64,000 bases of DNA, from the NCBI GenBank assembly GCA_963707655.1, contig OY970172.1, positions 576,001 through 640,000 of the forward strand, in the 5' to 3' direction. Numbering within the stretch: position 1 is the first letter of the stretch; every line of letters starts with the position of its first letter. The position numbers and the translations under genes are program-made. Positions 57,734 to 64,000 of the stretch are shown in pieces. The DNA comes from an uncultured bacterium (GTDB taxonomy: Bacteria > Babelota > Babeliae > Babelales > Vermiphilaceae). The notes beneath the pieces are model-generated. The model saw only the letters and a program-made list of their open reading frames with translations. It did no database searches and was not told where the DNA came from.

Positions 57734-58525
57734 ATGCAGCCAATCTATACAACCAGCATGCGCGTATTTTTAGCATTGTTGAAAAGAACTTTTTTTGTTA
57801 TCGTGCCACAATTAAAAAATACTCTTATTGATGGCCTTTTTTTAACAAGCATTTATGTGCTTCTTTTTGGTTATCTGTATCCTGAAATGGGCATGAGATC
57901 AAACTTTATCGGTCCGGTTTTTATCGGTTCAATTCTTACTTTGCTCTGCAGCCTGAGCTTTAGTTTGGCGGTGCGCATGGTCAATGATCTTAAATATCAG
58001 CGCTTCATCGATTATCTTTTCACCCTGCCCATCGCAAAAACATGGCTCTTTGGCTGGTACGTTGCATCATTTTTAATTGAATTGGTTCTTGCCACTGCCC
58101 CGTTGCTCATGTTTGGCCTCTTCTTGTTGCGCAACAAAATAGATTTAACTCATCTACAGCTCCCTCTTTTCATCCCAATTTACGCGGCGAGCGTGCTTTT
58201 TTGCTCAATTTGTTTTTTGGCGTTCAGCATTTTATATGATTACGAGTGGTTCTTTGATAACATATGGCCGCGCCGGCTCACCCCGTGCTTAATAGCAAGC
58301 TGCTCAATGTTTCCCTGGCAGAAAGTGCACGCTTTTTCTCCATTAATAGGAAAATTATTTTTACTTAACCCAGTAACCTATATTGCCGAAGGATTACGAG
58401 GCGCCTTGTTTGATCCGGCTCTTTCATTGTCCCCATTGGTCTGCCTCGGCATGTTATGTATATGTAATGGATTGGCAGTTTGTTTGCTCATACACAGTGT
58501 TAAAAAAACATTCAATACGGTATAA
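57734..58525 (+). CDS. ABC-2 permease (type A')
   Basis: DNIWPR; NPVTYIAEGLR. Confidence 0.88.
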   Translation: MQPIYTTSMRVFLALLKRTFFVIVPQLKNTLIDGLFLTSIYVLLFGYLYPEMGMRSNFIGPVFIGSILTLLCSLSFSLAVRMVNDLKYQRFIDYLFTLPIAKTWLFGWYVASFLIELVLATAPLLMFGLFLLRNKIDLTHLQLPLFIPIYAASVLFCSICFLAFSILYDYEWFFDNIWPRRLTPCLIASCSMFPWQKVHAFSPLIGKLFLLNPVTYIAEGLRGALFDPALSLSPLVCLGMLCICNGLAVCLLIHSVKKTFNTV

Positions 58526-58530
58526 AATAT

Positions 58531-59337
58531 ATGAATTATTCATCATGCAAAAATCAGACTCTTATTTTTTTACGATTGATGCAGCGAGATTGGTATCAAT
58601 ATAAAGATCGTATTTTTAGTTATTATCTGATTAACTATGCGCTCATATATCCAGCCCTTTATGCATTTTCTTTTGGCTACCTGCAAGCAAATCTTTTTTT
58701 TGGAAATACCGATCCTTTAAAAGGAACTATTCTTTTTGTGGGCAATTTTTTATTGGTCGTCATTGTACTGTCATTCAACCTTGGGCTTGAGTTGCTTTTT
58801 GATCTTGAGCATGATCGAACCGTTGATTATCAGATGACAATCATTAATCCGCGCCTGATAATTATAGAACGCATTTTATTTACTTCATTGTTCACTTTTT
58901 TTATTCTGCTTCCTTATTATCCGGTCGCAAAATTGCTTCTCGGCTCTTTTTTTGTCACCTCTGCACTTTCAATACCAAAAGCCATAGCGCTTTTATATGT
59001 AAGCAGCCTTATGTGCGCAGCATATAATCATTTTGTCGCCTGCGTATTACCAAGCGCTGATTCGATAGGAATATTTTGGCGCCGCGTAAATACGCCGCTG
59101 TTTATGCTTGGTGGTTTCTGGGTGCCCTGGTATGTATTACAAAAATTTTCACCCTGGTTGGGCGCTGTTGCAATGCTGAATCCATTTTTGTATGTAACAG
59201 AAGGCATGCGCCAGGCAGTACTCAACAATAATCTCTTTCTCCCTTTTTGGCATAGCTTTTTTATGCTGCTCCTCTTTACTGCCATGTTTACCGGGGCAGC
59301 ACTGTGGAAATTCAAAAAAAGAGTTGATCATATTTAA
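58531..59337 (+). CDS. ABC-2 permease (type B')
   Basis: LGGFWVPWY; NPFLYVTEGMR. Confidence 0.88.
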   Translation: MNYSSCKNQTLIFLRLMQRDWYQYKDRIFSYYLINYALIYPALYAFSFGYLQANLFFGNTDPLKGTILFVGNFLLVVIVLSFNLGLELLFDLEHDRTVDYQMTIINPRLIIIERILFTSLFTFFILLPYYPVAKLLLGSFFVTSALSIPKAIALLYVSSLMCAAYNHFVACVLPSADSIGIFWRRVNTPLFMLGGFWVPWYVLQKFSPWLGAVAMLNPFLYVTEGMRQAVLNNNLFLPFWHSFFMLLLFTAMFTGAALWKFKKRVDHI

Positions 59338-59390
59338 ATAAAATCATTTATAAAAGTTTTCTGCATATTTTGTAAAAAATAATTTCTCAC

Positions 59391-59798
59391 ATGCATGAGT
59401 CATCATTTTCTGATACCCAAATCGAACCTGAGGTTTTAGCAGCACTTCATGAAATGATAGCAGCATATGACCCCGAGCAACATAAGGCTGATAGCGCAAA
59501 AAATAAGGAATTGATCGCACAATGGTCAGATGAAGAAAGACAAAGCTATCTTGATGATATGAAGGAGATAATGGGAGATCTTTCCAGCCGTCCGATAGAA
59601 ACTGCAACGGACACCGATGAATTTAATTCTTATCGCGTTGCTCTAGCTGCAATAGAAGAAAGTATAGAAGCACGATCAGCCAATAAAGCTGCGCAAACCG
59701 ATGAATCTGTTGCTTGGCTCGCAAATTTATCAGATGAAGAAAGACAAAGTTTATTGGATGATATGGATGAAATTATGGGTGCGAGCAAAAAGCTATAA
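59391..59798 (+). CDS. Acidic helical protein with internal repeat
   Basis: SDEERQSYLDDMKEIMG / SDEERQSLLDDMDEIMG. Confidence 0.7.
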   Translation: MHESSFSDTQIEPEVLAALHEMIAAYDPEQHKADSAKNKELIAQWSDEERQSYLDDMKEIMGDLSSRPIETATDTDEFNSYRVALAAIEESIEARSANKAAQTDESVAWLANLSDEERQSLLDDMDEIMGASKKL

Positions 59799-59817
59799 AA
59801 AGGATGTATAAAATTTG

Positions 59818-60162
59818 ATGAATCAAATGCAAAAAAAGCATTTCCTTACTTGCCATGCAGTTTTATATCAAGGAATCACTGATGAAGATATATTTTTTGA
59901 ATGGATAACACATATAAAATGCATAGAACATTTTGACGGGGTGGGACTTGATTTGTATCTCTACCTGAAATCAGACACATTATCTTCACACGATTTATAC
60001 GAATTGCTTGGTTTTTTCAAACGATACAACATAGATATGCAACAATTAAGACCATTTTTAACTGAAGAAAATAAAAAACCATTTTTAAAACCAAAAAAAG
60101 CATTTTGGTATAAAGCTCTTTTTGGCGATTTAGCAGAAGTCAAAAGAAGGACTAGACCATGA
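59818..60162 (+). CDS. Small hypothetical protein, array member 1
   Basis: DEDIFFEW..IKCI, ELLGFFKRY.I.M.QLRPFL, W.K.LFG. Confidence 0.8.
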   Translation: MNQMQKKHFLTCHAVLYQGITDEDIFFEWITHIKCIEHFDGVGLDLYLYLKSDTLSSHDLYELLGFFKRYNIDMQQLRPFLTEENKKPFLKPKKAFWYKALFGDLAEVKRRTRP

Positions 60163-60476
60163 ACATGATAGTTAAAAAAAGTGCCTTTCTTGTCTGCGCA
60201 GACGTCAAATACTATGGTCCTACGGATGAATACATGTTTTTTCAGTGGGTAAAAAAAATTCAGTGTATAAAAGATTTTGAAAAAAAAGATAATATTCTCT
60301 ATCTCTATCTTAAATCTCGACGATTATCATCGCTTGATCTCTTTGAATTACTCGGTTTCTTTAAGCGATATAAAATCAATATGAAGCAATTGCGGCCATT
60401 TTTAACCAAGTTCAATACAAAGAATTTTATAAAAGATAAAAAAGCATACTGGCACAAACCTCTTTTTGGCGAATAA
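60159..60476 (+). CDS. Small hypothetical protein, array member 2
   Basis: DEYMFFQW..IQCI, ELLGFFKRYKINMKQLRPFL; ATGA coupling with member 1. Confidence 0.8.
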   Translation: MNMIVKKSAFLVCADVKYYGPTDEYMFFQWVKKIQCIKDFEKKDNILYLYLKSRRLSSLDLFELLGFFKRYKINMKQLRPFLTKFNTKNFIKDKKAYWHKPLFGE

Positions 60477-60530
60477 CCCATTATCATGAATCAATCAACA
60501 CAAAACAAACATTAAACAAAGGCTACTCGA

Positions 60531-61022
60531 ATGAATCCATATGATCGCCAGCATTGGCATGTTATGTGCCCATCGACTCCAGACATTCAGGAAGAATATA
60601 TAAACGTTTATCCTGAAAATGATGCTTCACAGGTTCCTATAAAAGATACCGTCACGATTACTCTTTTCCCTCAAGCATTTTACTCTCAGAATGATGAGAA
60701 TTTTTTGTTTTATTGGCTCAAATATTTTAAAGGTATTAAGGCGATACAAGGATACAATCTTTATATTGACCCCAATGAAGTTTCTGAAGAAGATATTACT
60801 GATTTGAGAGCTATTTTTAAGAGATATAAATTTCAAGACATACAGCAGCTGTACTTGTTTAAGAATAAAGACAACAAAAACTTATTTGAATCCTTTGGTC
60901 CTCTAGAAGACGATGAGGAAATCATAAAAAATAAAGCGTTGTATGAGGAATTTAGAAATTGTTCTGTACCCGCGGAAGTCTTGGAGCAAATGAAATATGA
61001 TCAAGAAAATCCTAATGATTAA
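60531..61022 (+). CDS. Hypothetical protein, divergent array member 3
   Basis: FYSQNDENFLFYW, DLRAIFKRYKF..IQQL.LF...NK.LF. Confidence 0.7.
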   Translation: MNPYDRQHWHVMCPSTPDIQEEYINVYPENDASQVPIKDTVTITLFPQAFYSQNDENFLFYWLKYFKGIKAIQGYNLYIDPNEVSEEDITDLRAIFKRYKFQDIQQLYLFKNKDNKNLFESFGPLEDDEEIIKNKALYEEFRNCSVPAEVLEQMKYDQENPND

Positions 61023-61029
61023 TGGCGGA

Positions 61030-61872
61030 TTAATGCTGCCCGACATCGAAATCGCCGCGTTCATGTCGCAGAAAAAAATACAAGTCTTTACGGCTTGATA
61101 AATACGCGGTGTCTATAGGATTAGTTCTATAGTCAGTTGCATCGGCATGAGCATGAACATCTGCTCCATGCTCTAATAAAACATTCGCCACTGCTATTGA
61201 TTGCACAAAGTGCAAAGGAGTGTATCCTCCACAATCTTTATCTGTCGCGTTTGAGCCATGTTCGCACAGATAGCGCACCATTTCTTCATCATCTTGTTCT
61301 GTTGCGTAATGCAGTGGATACTTTTTTGCTGAGCTGGGCAGGGCGAGTGATATCTTCTTTTCCTCAACCAAGTAACCCAGCGCCGGCATATTTGCATGCA
61401 TTATTGCCCGCGCCACTGAATCGACAGATAATGGGCCGGGAATTTGTGCTTCTCCCAGCAAAAACCCCATAATCTTCCGATCGTGTTCATCAATGCCAAG
61501 GTCGGCAGATCTGTTTACCACATCCATTACTTTTATTTTCTGGCTATAAGAGAGCTTATCACTCTCAAGACTTTGGATAATAATATCTGATCGATAGGTA
61601 TAAGGACGGGTATCAGAGCGGCTATCGAGAGTCTTATTAATGTAATAAGTAGGACAACTTTTAAGAAACTCATTAACTAGGGCAAATTTTGGCTCTTTTA
61701 GGGCTAAGCACATGACGCAGCCCCGTTCGGCGAGCTTAACCAAAGAAGGTATATATCTTGCAGGTCCTATTGGCAGTTCTGTGGGTTCCGCGGCATGAGC
61801 GGCGGCTGTCAGCACTGCACTGAGCAGAAGACAGTTTTTTATGGTTGTCAGCACACGTTTTACCATGTTCAT
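61030..61872 (-). CDS. Secreted ankyrin-repeat protein
   Basis: Signal ending AAAHA; YPLHYA, GYTPLH, LLEHGAD. Confidence 0.85.
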   Translation of the reverse strand: MNMVKRVLTTIKNCLLLSAVLTAAAHAAEPTELPIGPARYIPSLVKLAERGCVMCLALKEPKFALVNEFLKSCPTYYINKTLDSRSDTRPYTYRSDIIIQSLESDKLSYSQKIKVMDVVNRSADLGIDEHDRKIMGFLLGEAQIPGPLSVDSVARAIMHANMPALGYLVEEKKISLALPSSAKKYPLHYATEQDDEEMVRYLCEHGSNATDKDCGGYTPLHFVQSIAVANVLLEHGADVHAHADATDYRTNPIDTAYLSSRKDLYFFLRHERGDFDVGQH

Positions 61873-61971
61873 ATAAAACACTCCCGATAATAACCCATCG
61901 ACGATAGCCTACTCTTGTGATATAATGGCACTAAAATAAGATAAAAACCAGAAAACAGATTATCAGCGCCC

Positions 61972-62904
61972 ATGGGAAAAATTTTACTTTTTTATAAATA
62001 CGTCGCTATTCAATATCCAAAGCAAGTCCTGAAATGGCAAACGCGCCTGTGCACTGAATTAGAGCTCAAAGGCCGCATAATTCTTGCTCACGAAGGAATC
62101 AATGCTACGCTTGGCGGAACAGCAGAAAACATTAACCGCTACAAAGCTGCTATGGAAAAACATCCCCTTTTTGGCTCCATAGATTTTAAAGAGAGCGATG
62201 GCGCAGCCAACTATTTTCCCCGTCTGCGCATTGTCATTAAAAATGAAATTGTTTATTTGGGTCTTGACCCTGCCCTGATTAAAGCAGAAGACGGTGGCAC
62301 TCACGTAACCCCCGCTCAGGCGCATCAGATGATGCAAGAAAAAGCTGAAAACCTGCTCATTCTTGACTGCCGCAACACCTATGAAACAACCGTCGGTACC
62401 TTTGTTGATGCAGTACGCCCCAACACTCAATATTTCAGAGAGTTTCCCGGTTATGTTGATACCAATGCCGATATGTTTAAAGGCAAGCAGGTGCTCATGG
62501 CCTGCACCGGTGGCATCCGCTGCGAACGCGCTTCAGCATACTTAAAATCAAAAGGCGTTGCTGAACAGGTATACCAGATTGAAGGGGGCATTCATCGTTA
62601 TATAGAGCAATTTCCTGATGGTCTATTTCGAGGAAAAAACTATGTTTTTGATGCCCGCGTCACCGTACAGGTCAATAATGATGTTTTGGGCTCCTGTGCT
62701 TTATGCCAAGCCCCTCATGATGAATATGCCAATTGCATGAATGCAAGCTGCAACAAACATTTTATCTGCTGCGCGTCATGTCTTGAAAAATATAAAGGCA
62801 GCTGCAGCCAGACATGCTTTGAACTTCTTGCGGCCAATAAAGTTGCTGCACGCCCTGCACGCATAAAAATTGAAAACACTCCTGAAAAAAGTTGTAATCT
62901 TTGA
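61972..62904 (+). CDS. trhO: tRNA uridine(34) hydroxylase TrhO (UPF0176 rhodanese)
   Basis: FYKY, GRI..A.EGIN, CTGGIRCE, GGIHRY, GKNYVFDAR. Confidence 0.92.
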   Translation: MGKILLFYKYVAIQYPKQVLKWQTRLCTELELKGRIILAHEGINATLGGTAENINRYKAAMEKHPLFGSIDFKESDGAANYFPRLRIVIKNEIVYLGLDPALIKAEDGGTHVTPAQAHQMMQEKAENLLILDCRNTYETTVGTFVDAVRPNTQYFREFPGYVDTNADMFKGKQVLMACTGGIRCERASAYLKSKGVAEQVYQIEGGIHRYIEQFPDGLFRGKNYVFDARVTVQVNNDVLGSCALCQAPHDEYANCMNASCNKHFICCASCLEKYKGSCSQTCFELLAANKVAARPARIKIENTPEKSCNL

Positions 62905-62905
62905 T

Positions 62906-63889
62906 ATGGAAAAACTGCACCAAAAAATAGCTGAGCCATTACATATCCCTCCCATTATTAGCAGACAAGTTTCTTTAAAAAATAAAAACTGGTTTAATAC
63001 CGGCGGGTCTGCGCAATTCTTTGCGCAACCAGCCAATGCTCAAGATTTTCAAGATGCTTTGCAGTTTGCTCACACGCAACAATTACCCATAACATTAATC
63101 GGACACGGCGCAAATGCACTTATTAATGATGCAGGCATTGCCGGGCTGGTGATTTCTCCCTCTCTTAACACACTACACATTGATTCTTACGACGATCAGC
63201 ACATGAGCGTGCATGCAGGAGCTGGCGTTTCTATGCATGATCTGATTGTTCATTGTCTGGAGCACAATCTTATTGGCCTTGAAGAATTCAGTGGCATTCC
63301 CGGCAGCGTAGGGGGCTCGGTGTACATTAATCTACATTATTTTGAATTTTTATTGGCTCAATTTCTGGTAACTGCGCAGGTTATTAATCGCCACACTGGC
63401 ACTGTACATGAAGTGGATACGAACTGGTTTAATTTTGGTTATAACTACTCAACGTTGCATGAGGGTAATCATTATCTTCTATCGGCAGCCTTTAAACTCA
63501 AAAAAGCAACTGATCTTGAAACCTCCCACGCGCAGGGAAGACGTGCAGAAATTATGCGCCACCGCTTTAAGCGCTATCCAACCAAAAATACCTGCGGCAG
63601 CTTTTTTAGAAATTTTCTTGACTCCGAAGTAACGCTCATGAGCGGCGGCAAAAAAATGATTTATGTTGCCTATTATCTTGATAAAATTGGAGTAAAAGGT
63701 GAACTGCGCGTTGGCGATGCACTCGTCTCGCACCAACATGCTAATATGCTGGTGAACCAAGGTGCCGCGACAACGGCCGATATTGTCAGCCTGGCGCGCA
63801 CCATGCAAGAGCTTGTTCGTGATCAATTTGGTCTTATTCCTCAGCCTGAGTGCCGCCTACTGGGATTTGAAGAGTATCCATTGCTCTGA
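62906..63889 (+). CDS. murB: UDP-N-acetylenolpyruvoylglucosamine reductase
   Basis: TGG.A, GLEEFSGIPGSVGG, CGSFFRN, SHQHANMLVN, PECRLLG. Confidence 0.93.
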   Translation: MEKLHQKIAEPLHIPPIISRQVSLKNKNWFNTGGSAQFFAQPANAQDFQDALQFAHTQQLPITLIGHGANALINDAGIAGLVISPSLNTLHIDSYDDQHMSVHAGAGVSMHDLIVHCLEHNLIGLEEFSGIPGSVGGSVYINLHYFEFLLAQFLVTAQVINRHTGTVHEVDTNWFNFGYNYSTLHEGNHYLLSAAFKLKKATDLETSHAQGRRAEIMRHRFKRYPTKNTCGSFFRNFLDSEVTLMSGGKKMIYVAYYLDKIGVKGELRVGDALVSHQHANMLVNQGAATTADIVSLARTMQELVRDQFGLIPQPECRLLGFEEYPLL

Positions 63890-63938
63890 GCGGCAGCAAA
63901 GAAAAACAACTTCACTGCCGCATATCTTACATCAACAA

Positions 63939-64000
63939 TTAAGATTTTTTGTTGCTATAACCAAAGATGAGGGAGATAACAAATAAAATAATAAATATCG
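63939..64000 (-). CDS. 3' end of a small membrane protein (possibly DUF1328/YtjA-like)
   Basis: IFIILFVISLIFGYSNKKS* entering from the right edge. Confidence 0.4.
   Translation of the reverse strand, partial: IFIILFVISLIFGYSNKKS

Overview
Chromosomal segment of an AT-rich, host-associated diderm bacterium. Gene content and style (many orphan signal-peptide proteins, ankyrins, a WD40 remnant, decayed fatty-acid/folate enzymes) best fit Candidatus Dependentiae/Babelota (TM6); this placement is an inference, not a database result. Housekeeping genes include tolQR, tolA-like, tolB, acpP, fabD-like, two gltX, plsX, rpmF, dprA, gyrA, ftsL/ftsI, transaldolase, rpsU, rbfA, pilD and a pilin, tsaC, folC-like, atpI-like/atpB/atpE, cysK-like, fadD, tmk, holB, mpg, an ABC-2 exporter, trhO and murB. 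No rRNA, tRNA, CRISPR array, integrase or transposase was recognised. The main findings are: (1) an ATP synthase c subunit built from four fused hairpins whose ion-binding positions read E/Q/E/D; (2) three pentameric ligand-gated ion channel (pLGIC)-like genes with extra N-terminal helices, one Cache-fused and a tandem pair apparently lacking Cache; (3) FabD, FolC and acylphosphatase homologues with intact frames but lost catalytic motifs; (4) a 245-bp multi-hairpin element with inverted ends; (5) a candidate ~105-nt anti-Shine-Dalgarno sRNA with a 13-nt match to a nearby RBS; (6) a tandem array of immunity-like paralogues; (7) a fibre/adhesin-like repeat protein missed by the ORF track. gyrA carries eight single-base insertions and tolB one frameshift, most likely sequencing or assembly errors.
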